Shown in pieces: positions 23,939 through 36,800 of a stretch of 64,000 nt of DNA. The notes below the pieces were generated by a model. That model was not told where the DNA came from. It ran no database searches and saw only the letters and a program-made list of their open reading frames with translations. Source of the stretch: Vitrella brassicaformis CCMP3155 (Eukaryota > Protista > Chromerida); contig CDMY01000077.1 in assembly GCA_001179505.1 (NCBI GenBank), positions 124,001 to 188,000 of the forward strand, given 5' to 3'. Each line of letters begins with the position of its first letter. Positions within the stretch are counted from its first letter, which is position 1. Position numbers and translations under genes: made by a program.

Positions 23939-25917
23939 GGGGCGCCATATGCAGCCAGCGGTCACTCACAAGTGTGGCTTGGCTTTGCCGCAGGCATAAT
24001 ACCTTGTCGTGCAGCCGCTGCTTGAGCTTGGCATTCTGCAGGTGGGGAGGGAGAGATTGAGCAGCATCAAATCAAGGACAATGGATGTGTGTGTGCTAAT
24101 GAATAGATGCGCTAGATATACTTACGTCCTGCGTGAGTTGCTGAGTCTGTTTGGTCAGCTCTTTGACGCGACTCTGCAGAGAACTGACAAGATGGAACAG
24201 GGTCACACACAGAATGACCGCCTCCCGTGTGCTGTGCGCCCCTTCCCTTGCTCACTTCTGTGTGATGACGGCATCCCACTCAGAGTCCTGCATGACACAC
24301 ATTATTCAGGCAAGGTACATTTCTGTGGTCCCTTTGTTTGTCTGTGTGTGTATTACTGTGCCGTATACATACCTGTTGGTTGCGCAGGTGGCTGTCCTTG
24401 GCCTGCAGCCGTATCTCATACCCCTGCACCTCAGCCCGCAACGCCGCATTCTCACCGCACAGACGATCCTGCACACAAATCAACAACACAATACAACACA
24501 ATACAATACAACACAACACCAGCATACTATTCTTCTTGTTCTTATGCTTCTTACGATTTGACTCCTCAGTTCCTCCCTCGTCGCCCCCTCTGCCGCCCCC
24601 CAATTCATGTGAGGAGTGGCACCCGCTGGCATCATCGCCATCCCGCTAGCCGTCCTATCCCTCTCTCTGACACCAGCAGGCCCCGCACCGCCACCGGCAC
24701 CAAGCCGCGACGACGGCACAGGCGTTCGGATTGGCGAGCCGTCGCTAGCCACCTCGCGATGTCTTGGCGATGATGCCTGTGGGAGGGCTCCCACGCCGCT
24801 ATCCCCCTCGCCCGTGTGCAGGGACGCCCCGCCGTCCGACCGCCTCGTCTGGCGGTAGCCGCCCAGCACGGGCGACCGCGACTTGTCCTTCTCGGGTGTG
24901 GGGTGGCGCTTCGTGCTGTCGGCAGAGAATGGCGGGCCGCGATGCCCGAACGTCGGGGGGCGGCTGGATGGATGATCCTGTCCACCCACGGTCGCCAGCG
25001 GGAGTCGGCTCAGCGCACGGCTCATGTCGTCTTGCTGCTGGTCATTTCTGGTGGATGTGATGGGTTTAGTGGATGGGGCCGTGTTGAGGTTGGCCGCCCA
25101 AAGTGGAGATGAGAGGCGTCTGAGCGGCTTGAGGTGCCGGTCGGCCTGGCCAGAGTGGGCGGGGGTTGACCGCCGACTGCTGTGTGCGCGACTGGCGGTG
25201 GCGGTGGCTGTGCTCGCAGCGGCAGACGAGAGGGACTCTATCGCCTGACACAAACAAATAGCACACGAACAGACAGAGAAACCGGTTTGTGTGCATGATT
25301 TGTGTGTGTCGTCCCCCCCCACTTACCGGTTTGAGTATGGCCACGAGTCTGGCCTGCATGTCGCCCCCCTGCTGCTGCATCATGTCGGCTATCACCTCCT
25401 CCTTCCGCGGACCACACGCACCGTACACCACCACACACCGCCACAAATCGCCCAACTCATGACCATGACCGTGGCCATCGCCGCCCTGGCCGGGCATCAC
25501 CGTCGGCAGCGGCGGCCGTATGCCAAACTCCCCCTGCACAAACGACAGCAGGCACTCCCGCGCGCTGCTGTAGTCATGAATGGTGCTCGACAGCGCCCCG
25601 GGAGCACTGCATGGACGGGGAGAAGGCAAAGATCCATCCATGGTTGTGTGTGTTGGGTGTCTGGCGTGGCGTGGCGTGGCGTCCAGTTACAGGGCTTTGA
25701 CGACGGCGACGAAGAGGGCGGTGGATGTGAGGCTGGGCAGCTCTACCACGCTGCGGATGTTGTCGGGCAGGACCGTGCAGCCACGCAGCTGAAACACACA
25801 TCGCACCAAGATCATCGTCACGACGTGATGAATCCTGGCACCGATGGATGGATGGTGCTGTGGAGAGATCAATGCGTCACTCACCCATTCTGCGATGGTT
25901 TCAAGCTCCCCAGCCAT
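20085..25917 (-). CDS. HOOK-domain-like long coiled-coil protein (putative dynein cargo adaptor)
   Basis: Spliced N-terminus MAGELETIAEW|LRGCTVLPDNIRSVVELPSLTSTALFVAVVKAL|APG..ELGDLWRCVVVYGACGPRKEEVIADMMQQQGGDMQARLVAILK resembles the HOOK domain ([27 protein letters not shown]). More than 15 coiled-coil exons and an acidic disordered tail follow, ending ..QECATQ*. Confidence 0.65.
21161..21460. other. Assembly gap (300 N) next to poly-G in an intron
   Basis: Run of N. Confidence 1.
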
Positions 25918-26022
25918 GGCGCTAAGGGAAGGCTTCGGGGCGGCGAGGCGTTACACGAAAACCCTGCACACGAACAAAACCCTGAAGGGCTAATTGCTGC
26001 CTTATCGGTAAACTGAGGCTGA

Positions 26023-29000
26023 ATGATCTTTCGGCTTTTTCGGCGCTACTTGGTCAGGGCACCTTCCCTCATACAGAACTGGCGCCCTTTCTCGACTGCA
26101 CCGCACCACACACCAGCAGCAGCAGCAGCAGCGGCACCATCAGCTGCAGCAGACGATGAGTCCCCCTACCCCGACGACCTTCTAGATCTCGCCGGCGACG
26201 ATGACGACGACATGGACGACACTGACTCGCCTGAGGCCATCGACAGGAAGCTCCAGGAAGCCGGCCTCGCTTCCCCTCAGGCAGCGGCCATGTGGCACAT
26301 GAGCGCAGGGCGGCAGCGGGAGCACGGTGCCGCCGCATCATACAGAGATGACGCAGAGGACGACCATTATGCGTTGTGGAATCCTCGGCGGGTCAGCCCC
26401 TTCACGCCACGAGGCCAGGAGGGCCCCTACCTCAGGTCGTCCCTCACGACGTTCAGCAACTCGCCTCGAGCGCGAGACCGGCGGAGAGCCTTGCTGACTC
26501 TGGTGGACTATGAGGCCATTTACAGGGAGCAAGACGAGCGGGCCAGGCGCAAGGAAGAGGCGAAAGCGCGGAGAGCTGCACAGACATCTCCCGCACCGCG
26601 GCAGCAAGACGACCACGCCTACGCCTATCCCGCCTCGCCTGTTTCTCCCATTGTCCGTGCAGCACGTCGAGCGGTGGACGACAGCTTTGTTGGGGCGGGC
26701 AGCCGCGCGACGAGGCCTGACGGGACGCCCACATCGCTGTCGCTATCGGCGCCATCACGGTGGCGAACAAGGCTGCCCGGCGGCCCGCCGAATGTGTATA
26801 AGGTCAAGGTGCTGGATGTGGATAGGCTGCCCATCAAGGAACTGCACTCCCTCTTCATGTACACACTTGTCAGAAGGTGAAAGAACACCCAACACAAACA
26901 CGGCCCAGGCCCAGAGAGAGCACCACAGCATGCAAGTGTTGTGTGTGGTGAATGTCTGTCTGTCTGTCTGCAGGCTGCCGGCGGAGAAGTGTGTGCGTGT
27001 GGCGTCCCGCATAGCGGCGCTGCGGGACAAGCCGACGCAGCGCAACTACGAGCACTTCATCCGCGACGTGCAGCGGGAGTTCAGGGTCAACTCCCCCAGC
27101 CTGCTGGCCTACCTGCTGCGGTGCCACCAGACCATCGCCGTGCCCTATATGGTCGACTACATACGCAAATACGGACATGTGAGCTAAGCTGAGCACCAAG
27201 GCGCCGCACCCAGCCATATATACGCATTGCATGGCGGTCACATCAAAGAAGAGAGGGGCTGTGTTATGTGTGTGGGTCGATGATGAACCAGTTTTCTCGC
27301 GGTTTTATCGCGGCTCAGATAGAGCGGAGCCTCCACCCTCGCCTCTTCGACTTCGCCAGGTAGGTGTGTGTGGGCGGGGCGGGAAAGGCAATGATATCAG
27401 CAAGCCTAGGAGTTTCTTGTCATATTGTATTGTATTGTAATGTGTGTGTCGTTTGCGTGTGTATGTGTGCAGGTTTCAGGACAAGGGTGGCATCCGGCCT
27501 CTCCCGATGGTCATCACGCGCCCCTGGGCGTTGAACAGCTACGTGCGGCTGATGGCCAAATCGTCGACCAAGACCTACCTCAAGGAAGCACTCTACTACT
27601 ACGGACATGTGCGCATGCGCACCACAACAACCAACAGCCATCACACGTGCCCTCAGTCACGGCACTGATCGATTCACCACACCATGTCGGTGTGTGGGCG
27701 TGTGTCAGATTGCCCCCCGCCATTTGAGTCCTGAGCTAGATGAGACCGTCGGAGCGGAAGTCAAGGTCCACGAAATGGTAGCCAATCGGATACACAGACG
27801 CATTTCTAGCGGGCAGGGGGTGCATATATGGCGTGTGTGCAGGTGTTGGATCTGCGTCGGTCGCAGAGGAAGCTCCCAAAGCGACCACCACTGCTGGACG
27901 TACGCAGCGAGAAACGCACATCAGACACAGGGGGTGGGTGCCTTCATGTGTGTGGTGTGTCTGTCCGTCTGACATCCATCCATTCATCAGGCCGTTCTTG
28001 CCGCAGAGTACACTGGAAGAAGTAAGCCCACTCACGCTTCAAATGGAGTGTCGACGTGGGTAACACATCTCTCTCTCTGTGTGTGTGTGTGTGTGTGGTG
28101 TGGACAGCGATGGATGAGGTGCTCCACGACGCCATCGAGGCAGACGGCGAACGCCAAAGCGACGATGAGGACGATACCGACACTCGCTCAGGAGACGACC
28201 AGGGAGAGGAGGATGAGTCGAGCGATGAAGAGCACCAAGGGGAGGATGACTACCACCACCACCACCACTCTCGCCACGGGCAAGACCGACCTCCAAGGCG
28301 CGCTGAGCAGATGGCCATGGACGCCCCAGGCACCTCAGATGCTCCCTATGAAGCCGCTGACGACGACAAGGACGAATTCTACTCCACCCAGTTCTTCCCC
28401 CGGCCATCCCCCACCTCCCCCTCCCCCTCCCTCTCTGCCCACGACGACGACCATCACCCCCAGTCGGACTCCCACCATCGCCACGTGACATCGCAGAGCG
28501 TGGCCTTGCAGTTCGAGAAGGTGGCTCCTGCCCTGCCGGCCCGGTATGTGGACATGGCCTCTGCGGACCCCGCTGAGGGCATGGTGCTCGACCCCACTAT
28601 GGAGCCCAAGGTGTATCGGTCGGAGGCGCAGCGGGCGGGGGAGGGCGAGAGGGACTTTGAGCGATTCGCCGAGAGATGGTGAGGGGGAGGGGGAGGGGTG
28701 TGTGGTGCTGACTGGTTGGTATGTCTGTGTGGCGTCATCTCATCTACCCGTTCATTTCATCAGGTGGAAGAAGAGAAGGCGGACACACTTTGCCTTCAAC
28801 AAGAAGGTGAGCTGAGCGAGGGAGAAAAGGAGTGGGTATGTGAGCTGAGCTTCATCGATCATTTGCTGTCTGTATGCATCATGCGATGCAGCACTTCACC
28901 CTGGTGGATGGACGCTGGCAAATCACCGGCCCCACGCTCGCAGGCAAATACCAACCAAAGAAGAGGTAGGTATCTGTCCCACATCCCACATCCACGCACA

Positions 29001-29586
29001 GCACACACAAAGCCAGACAGACAGACAGACCCCCACACAGGCAGACAGACATCCCTCTCCCCTTGCCCTCTTCCCTCAGGCATGCCCCCCACACCGTTCT
29101 GCGCGCCCGCATGGCCGAGCGGCTGCAGCGAGAGAGGCGTGTTCGAGCCAAGCTGCTGGCGCAGGGCATCTCCACCCGGCCGCCATCCCAAGAGCTGCAG
29201 GCCATGATGCAGATGCAGACCAGCAGCAAGCAGCCATTATCGCGCCTGTCACCCAACCACCCCATGTACCAGCCTTCAACAGCTGCACCACCAGCATCAA
29301 GTCAGCAGCAGCAGCAGCAGCAGCAGAGTGCCCTCTCCCAGACTGACGGAGCTGTGAAGAGCTCGTCTTCTGAGGAGATTGGGCGTCGTGGGTCGTCTGA
29401 GACCAACCTGCCAAGAGGTCAGTTCGTCGGTCAGTCACTTGACGCATGGACCTTCGTCTGTCGTGTGTGTGTGTGTGTATTGGCATCCCTCCCTCCCTCT
29501 CTCTCTCCCTGCCCTGCTTTGTTTGTGCAGGTGTGTGTCGCATGAGGCGTCGAAGTCGGCGGCCGCCTGTAGATGTGCGTAGCTAG
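26023..29586 (+). CDS. Putative mitochondrion-targeted protein of unknown function
   Basis: N-terminus MIFRLFRRYLVRAPSLIQNWRPFST is Arg-rich and acid-free, like a presequence. Exons join through a helical segment (LPIKELHSLFMYTLVR|RLPAEKCVRVASRIAAL), an acidic region and a basic region (RWKKRRRTHFAFNKK|HFTLVDGRWQITGPTLAGKYQPKK). 3' end approximate. Confidence 0.7.
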
Positions 29587-29979
29587 CCAGGCAGATCATT
29601 GTCGTGTGATGCACGTCCCGGTCCGTCCATAGAACGTTGAGTGAATGCGATGTGACTCACAGCGTTGTGACACAAAGACACATGCAGTGAGGCGTATCTG
29701 TGCTCGTCCGTCCATCCATGGCCTGGCCTATGCAGGGTTGTGCATCGGACTCAAAGACGGTTCGTGAGTGTCTGGGGTAGAGCGTCATTCAGAAAACAAA
29801 TCCCCTTGGCCCCACTGCATGGCCCCAAATGACAATTTCCCCTCCATCCGATCCCCTCCTCCCAACGACTGACGCAGCTCCCACGGGTCTGTTCACGAGG
29901 CAGACCCCATTGCTGTCCCACAGCAACCTTGGCGCCGAGTCGGATGTCTGCTGAAGAAGAAAGGCCCGCCTAGCCGACC

Positions 29980-31413
29980 ATGGGTCAAGGTGGTAAGGAA
30001 GCAGAGTGGGAGGAGGAGAGACGCCACATCTGAAAGTCATACCATTGACTGACTTTGTCTGTGTGTTTGCAGTGCCGAGCTGCATATTGCCCGACTGGGC
30101 GGACCAGCCGTGGAATGACTGCAACGTCACGTGTGGTGGGGGCGTCCAGAACCGCACCAGGCAGACGCCAGAGGACAGCAAGAGGCCCCAACATGACCAA
30201 AAGGACTGCGGTCGACACACAATGATGTATGCCCGGCAGGCACTGCTCTGCACTGTTCTCCTGTCCTTCTATGTGTGTGGCCACCGCAGGTTTCTGCCAT
30301 GGGGACCATCCCCATGCGTACAACCGAGGTCTAGACTGCTGCAGTCTTGACCAAGACAAAGACAAGGACCCGCTGGTCAGGCCGAGAGGGCGGATGGCGG
30401 GAAGGGGTGGGGAGGGCAGAGCAATATCTGTGGCTGTGGGTATGTGTGCGGTGCAGTCGCTTGATTCCACGACTTGTGGGGGCGACATCAAGCCATGTTC
30501 GGAGGTGGCACACGCAATCAGCTGCGCAAGGAGCATGGAGGGTGCGCAGGCCTCAACAGAGGCGCATCTATTGTTCGTCCATCTTGATGTCTGTCCATCA
30601 GAAATGCTCCAGGAGAGACCCTGCAACACACAGGACTGCGGTGAGACAACCAAACCAGGCAGTTCCCTGCCTCTTTCACACGACAGCGCTCCCCCTTGTG
30701 TGCTGTGCTGATGTAGGCGTGGATTGTACAATGGGCGATTGGTCAGAGTGGAGCTGCGAACTCACTACGCCGGGAAAGTAAGACATTCAGACGCAGAGAC
30801 ACATACAAGCCCACCCCTAACGCCCTCTCACTCTCTCTCTCTCTCTCCGGTGGCTGCAGCTGTTCGACGGCCATCTTGACTCATCGCCGGTCGCGCACGA
30901 CTGAGGGCCGGTCGCCCGGCAGCACGGACTGCCCCGAGGAGGAGGTGACCTCCGGTGGGCCCTGCACCGCCCTCCCTCCTGAGTGCATGACCACCGAAGC
31001 GCCACGGGACCTATCCGCCGTGGGCGAGGAGGCCGGACACGATGGGGGGCCCCAACAGCAGCCATTTTGTAAGGCCCCCTTGGCTTGGCTTGCTGGCTGA
31101 CGAAATGACTCGATCGACGCATCCGTGTCTCTGTCTGCCCTCTCTCTATGTGCGTGTGTGTCCAGTTGCTGGGTCGCCATCGATGCGTCACGGCAGCCCG
31201 TCTGTGTTTCTGCTTGTGCTGGTCATGCTGCTGGCATTGGTGTCTCACCACATTGGTGGGCGCAGGCGAAGAGAGACACACATGATTCGAACAGCGGAGG
31301 GAGGGAGGGAGGGGCCAAAGAGCTCTACTGTTGATCAACAAGTGGCTATCGCATCGCAGGGGGGCAGTAGGTGGGTGCTTTGTCGGTCGATAAGCTGGCG
31401 TGTGACTGACTGA
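29980..31413 (+). CDS. Thrombospondin type-1 repeat protein with a C-terminal hydrophobic segment
   Basis: CILPDWADQPWNDCNVTCGGGVQNRTR..ERPCNTQDC|GVDCTMGDWSEWSC..HRRSRT..DCP..PC (two TSP1-like repeats), then VFLLVLVMLLALVS followed by HHIGGRRRR. Start and middle exons uncertain. Confidence 0.75.
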
Positions 31414-31640
31414 GAGGGCATGGGGCGTAGCGCATTGGGGCGTATTGACTGACTGACCGTGTTGACTGAATGTGTGTCATGCATGGATTGATGAATCAAT
31501 CAATCGAGTCGGCAAAAGTCGGTCAAAACTGCAAATGTCAATCGAAGCGACCTGTACACGCACTCAGGAATCGATACACGCTGGTCTATATGTACACGGA
31601 CACACACACACCACCTCTCTGCCGTCACTGCAATGACTGT

Positions 31641-33250
31641 TCACAGGGTCCCCCGGTCAGCGCACTGCTTGCCGCAAAATGACGCGTGCCAGAGGGTTCG
31701 GATCCGCTCATACGTACACATCGTCACGACTGTGGCCGGCAGCTGCCGGACGATGTTGAGCAGACACCCACGATCTGCACACAACCACAACCACACATCA
31801 CGTATAGCTATATAGGGTGCAGAGCCCCTTGCAGGTTCCTTCCCATTCGGCTTACATAGTCCAGCCATGCCCTCATGCCGTGCAATCTTCCGCAGAGCGT
31901 CAATCACCCCCTTGTATCGGTGCCTGTGTGCTTCGGAGTCGGAGGGCTGATGGATCGGGGGAAAGGGCGGCACGGCGACGTCTACCAGGACGCGCGGTGA
32001 GTGTGCAGAGCGGGGCACACGTGAGCTGGGGAAGGAGGGGGGAGGGTGGAAGGGGGAGGGGGCGTGGTCATGGGCGGGCGATGGCGCCTGCAGGCGGGTG
32101 CGCAGGACTTCGTGTGGGTACGTGAGAGACGTTGCTGTGATTTTCGCCTGTATATGCACACACATAAGTTTAACAAGGAGGGCGGACGAATGGGATGCAT
32201 TGGGGTGAGATAGATGAGTGAGTCATCTGTACAAGTATAGACGCAGCTGCGATGTCCATGCTGTTGTGTGGCACACCCTCTGAGGGAGTGGGGCTGCGGC
32301 TGCGGCGCCACTGACGCAGAGTCAGACAGACATCACTATCCACGAATCTCTTTTTTCGCATCTGATCTTTCCTACCCTTCTCAGCGAAGCCTTCAGTTCC
32401 TCATACAGAGGGAAATAGATGGCCACGTGCGACAGACCAAGTAGGGAAGCGCCAAGACCTGCACAAGGACGCCAACAGTGAGCGAAATTCCCTCCCTAAA
32501 TGGCGACTTCCGCCAGCCACCTGCAGGGTACCTCACCTGAGTAGAAGGCCATGACTCCCTCCTTCTGGTAGATCGACTTGACGGCGTGAAAGAGCCCACG
32601 ATACTCATAGGAAGGTGCGGTTGCCCTGATGCCCGCCCCGCTGCCTTTGGCGTGTTTGTCATGGCGCATGACCATGAGCCGAGTGCGGACGACGAACAGT
32701 GGGTTGCTGCAGATGTCCGCACACGCACCAGCAGACACGGCAGCAAGGGCGTTGACCAGGGAAGAGTACAGGTGGGAGTCATTCTTCGATGCACCACCAT
32801 TCCTGATATGGACGGATGACATACAGTCAGGAAATGTGACCGAGCGGTGCCGTAAGTACCTCGCCTGCACTTTCGCCTTTATGGACTCATAGAGAGGAAA
32901 ATAAATCGACCAGAAGAATGGCACGCACACAACAGTGGCACTGAAGCCGCGATAAAAACCACGAAGGCCTTCATGCTGTGCCGTCTCCATGAAGCAAGAA
33001 AACAGGTCACGCGCAGTCTTCCATCGCCTCAGGCTCGCTGCAAAGTGACTGCCCTCTTGGTGATGCCTCCTCCCCACAATCTGCAGTCGGGCCTTCAAGA
33101 CCTGCACACACAACGAACAGGGTGCACAGACAGACGACATGCCGACACATCAGATGTATTCGTATTACATCGAGAGGCGAACATGTAACCGCTGTTGCCA
33201 ATCCAGCTGCAATGCCCGCAACAAACTGGGCCGTGAACAGGCGAGGCTTT
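31641..33250 (-). CDS. Mitochondrial carrier family protein, NAD+ transporter (NDT1)/folate carrier-like
   Basis: Three Px[DE]xx[KR]xR-type signatures (SPLD|VLKARLQ, NPLFVVRTRL, YPHEVLRTRLQ), plus EGLRGFYRG, HVAIYFPLYE and YKGVIDALRKIARHEGMAGLYRG. Start codon not located. Confidence 0.92.
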
Positions 33251-33838
33251 TCTGTAGAGTGATTGGCTCTCTTGTTCTACTCATCGTCGTGTACCTTGTC
33301 GCAGTGTGCCAGGAAGGAAAGATCAGTTGACAGGGAGGTCAGAAAGCCTCTATCGACCTGAAGGGCGGCCTCGCCGCTCTCTGAAGCCATTGAATCGCAG
33401 TCACTTCTTCATCCGTGCAGTGTCAACGAAATCTGAATACACAATGAAGCAAGCAATTCCAAAGGCACACACACCATTCCCGTCCTGCTCATGTCTGCTT
33501 ACCTTGTCGACGAGGAAGAAACCATGAGATCCGCTGTGAGGAAGCGAATAAGCAAAGGCCCAAGCACAGGTTCCCAGGCTGTCGTCCGCGTGATAGGACA
33601 GATACCTTGACAGTCCAGAGATGGCCTTCGATGAGCTTTCTGAGCTCGCATTTTTCTCTCCGGTTTCTCTCCGCTCTCCGATGTCGCACGACGCTTCCCA
33701 GGCCGCCGAGGAATCACTGGCTTCCCTTTTTCGTCTGTTTGGTCGCCGCAGCGTCTTTCTCTGCGGGCCCCAACAGATGCCACTGAGTGTCCCATACTGA
33801 CGTGTCCCATAGGGGCTGAGAGGTGAAGGAGGACCACG

Positions 33839-36800
33839 ATGGTTTTGGCAGGCGTGACGGCAGCCATCACAGCGTCGCTTAGGCGCAAGGCCAACGACGA
33901 TGGGGCTGCACGAGAGGTGGTGTCTTCGGGTTCCCTCACACCACGCACCCTCGCGCATCTGGAGGAAGAGCTGGACGACCCGGAGGCAGGAGACAAGCAC
34001 GAAGAAAACCGACAACATCGCTCACAACATCAGCAGCAGGAGCAGTACGGAGGACCCCACACGACTGCGTCCCAGATATGGCTGCTCAACCGCGACGACT
34101 CCCACAACCTGTCTTCCTACCGTACTCGGTCGTTCATTAAGGAGAGCAGCGGGGGGCTCCCTGTCGACGCCCGCTTCGCCTTCATCGAGTCTCATGTTGC
34201 CAACATGCTCATCGGAGGCGTCATTCTGGCCAACGCCATCCTCGTGGGAGTGGAGACACAGTTCAGGCGTGACTTCGTGACGGGCAGTGGGAGTGAGGAC
34301 GGAGTGGACGACCCGACAAGCTTGTTCTGGTCGCCATGGTTTTGGGCCGACATGGCCTTCCTGCTCTTCTTCTCTGTCGAGATCGTCATTCGCTTCGCCT
34401 ACTACCGGTGGGGCTTCTTCTTGTCCGCCCTCAACGTCTTCGACCTGCTCCTGCTGGTCTCGTCATTTATCGAGCTCATCATGATTCTCATCATCGAGGC
34501 GCAGGGCGGAGGCGCGTCGTCGCGAGTGAGGTACACGGGCTTCCTGACTGCTTTACGTGTCGCGAGACTAGTCCGGCTAGCACGCATACTTCGCGTGGTG
34601 CGGTTTTTCCGCGAGCTGTATGTGCTGACTCGCGGCCTTGTCAACGCGTCGAGAGCACTCGTGTGGGTCAGTCTGCTTCTGCTGCTGGTCATCTACGTTG
34701 GTGCTGTCTTCACCACCCGCAACCTTGGTCAGCGATACGGCGATGCTGATGCCGAGTGGCGGACGGACGAGCAGAAGCTTGACGAGTGGTTCGGAAACAT
34801 GCTCAGGAGCATATTTACGCTCTTCCAGGTCAGTCACACCGACTCAACGATTGATGCGAGAGACTCACACCATCCGACCGAGATTCATTCCTTCGTGTCT
34901 CGGTGCTGTGGTGCATATACAGGTATTGACGTTGGAAGGCTGGTCTGAGATTGCTCGCACGTCGATGAAGTTCGAGGACTGGAGCGGCCTCTTCTTCGTC
35001 CTGTTTCTCATCTTCACCAACATCTCCCTCCTCAACCTGGTCACGGGTGTCATTGTCGACAACATTCTCGAGATATCACGTACGTCAAAGGAAGCACAAT
35101 GGCGCCTGTGTGCTTGTGTACATGCCTGTCTGTGTCATTGCTGCGTCAGGTCACCATAACGAGACGAAGCACCTTGAGAGGGCGAGCAAGGAGAAGCTGC
35201 AGAACATCGAGCGGCTGCTGCAGATCTTCAAGCTGGCCGACGTCGACAAGGACCACGAGGTGACACGAGAGGAATTTCAGCAGGCTCTCACCAAGGACGC
35301 TGTTATACGGGTGTGTGGCGGTGAATGAACGAACGGCGGGAGAAAGACTGGACATCATTTAGTCATTCATTCATTCATTCATTTCTTGTCTGCGTGTGCG
35401 CAGAAGCTGAATGCCGAGGACATAGCTGTGGTGGACGCACAAGACCTGTGGGAATTCCTCGACCACGAGGGCACAGGCGCGCTCAGAGTGGTAACTGTCA
35501 CATAGGACAGATGCAACAGTCACGTCTCTATTTGTTTCATGCCTGCGGCAGAAGGACTTCATCGAGGGATGTCTGCGCATCAAGTCAGGAACAGGCAGTA
35601 ATCAATTGAGTATGTCATTCGTGCATTGTCCCTTTCTTCTCAGGGGGAGCGCCAAGTCAGTGAAGTTGGTTCAGTACGGCCTTCACAAGATGGCCAAAGG
35701 CCTGCACAGGCGCATAGACTGCCTCGAGATGGGATTCAGATCGGAAATCGCCAACGTACTACTGGTAATTGACAGAAGAACCCAGCAAAGCCCTCAACGC
35801 TTTTTATCACCCTCGTCTGTCTGTCTGTCTGTCTTGGTGCAGTCAATGTCGTCTCACTATGAAGAGAGGCTCTCCCAGATCATGACTGCCGACCACACGG
35901 CGCCAGACACCCCGGGCCCCAGTCCAGCGCCCTGGAGCTCCTCCTCACGCAAGCGAACAAAGCAGCACTGCGGCTCTGGATCGACCCTTGCCGAGCTGTC
36001 TGACACGCACCAGCCAGAGGAAGAGGTGGCCAATCAGCCCACAGGCCAGGGCCCGCATCCCTCGCCGGATTTCAGAAGGCGCACGCTGCGTCACCGGGAC
36101 ATTGAGGGACCTCGCCCACCAATCGCTGGGAGGGGTGGCGTCGCGAGTTTTGAGAACGTGGCTGAGCTCATGAGAAGTGCTGCGTCGCAGCTGTCGATTG
36201 CCGACCAGCTCCAAGGCGCCAAGTCGATGTCGCGAAAGAGGAACATGGGATCCTTTGCCTCTGTCGGCTCGTCGGTGTCCACCAATCTGGCTGCTGACCT
36301 GCCAATGAGGTGAGCGAGTGCAGGTGCGAATTTCGTGCCGGCACCACTCGACTCATTGGTCGTGTCTGTTTGTGTAGATCTCATTCACTCCGCCCTCAAG
36401 CAAACCGGCAGTCGCCCTCGCAGAGCGCGGCGTTTGCGCCGAGGCACCACAGCATCGCCCCTGCTCGAGGCTCATCTTTTCGCAGCCAGGGGTCGGTCGA
36501 GTCATACAGCTCGTTCATCGGGGGCGGCGGAGGCGACCTGCCGTCACGCGTGCCTCTGGTCCTTCCTTCGCCCCCTCACAGCGGCATGCTACCCGCGGGC
36601 CCACCAGGCGACACGCCGCAGAGACCCAGATCAAAGGAGCCCTCTGAGGCTGATACGGCCCCGGCCATGAACATCCCAGCCCGCACTTCTGTCCCAGGCC
36701 GCAGCATCAGCGAGAAGCCTCAGCAGCCTCAGCAGTCAGGCCGATCCTGGTTTGGCACTCCACTCCTCGGCAGACGCACCATGATGGGGAAGCAGAGCAG

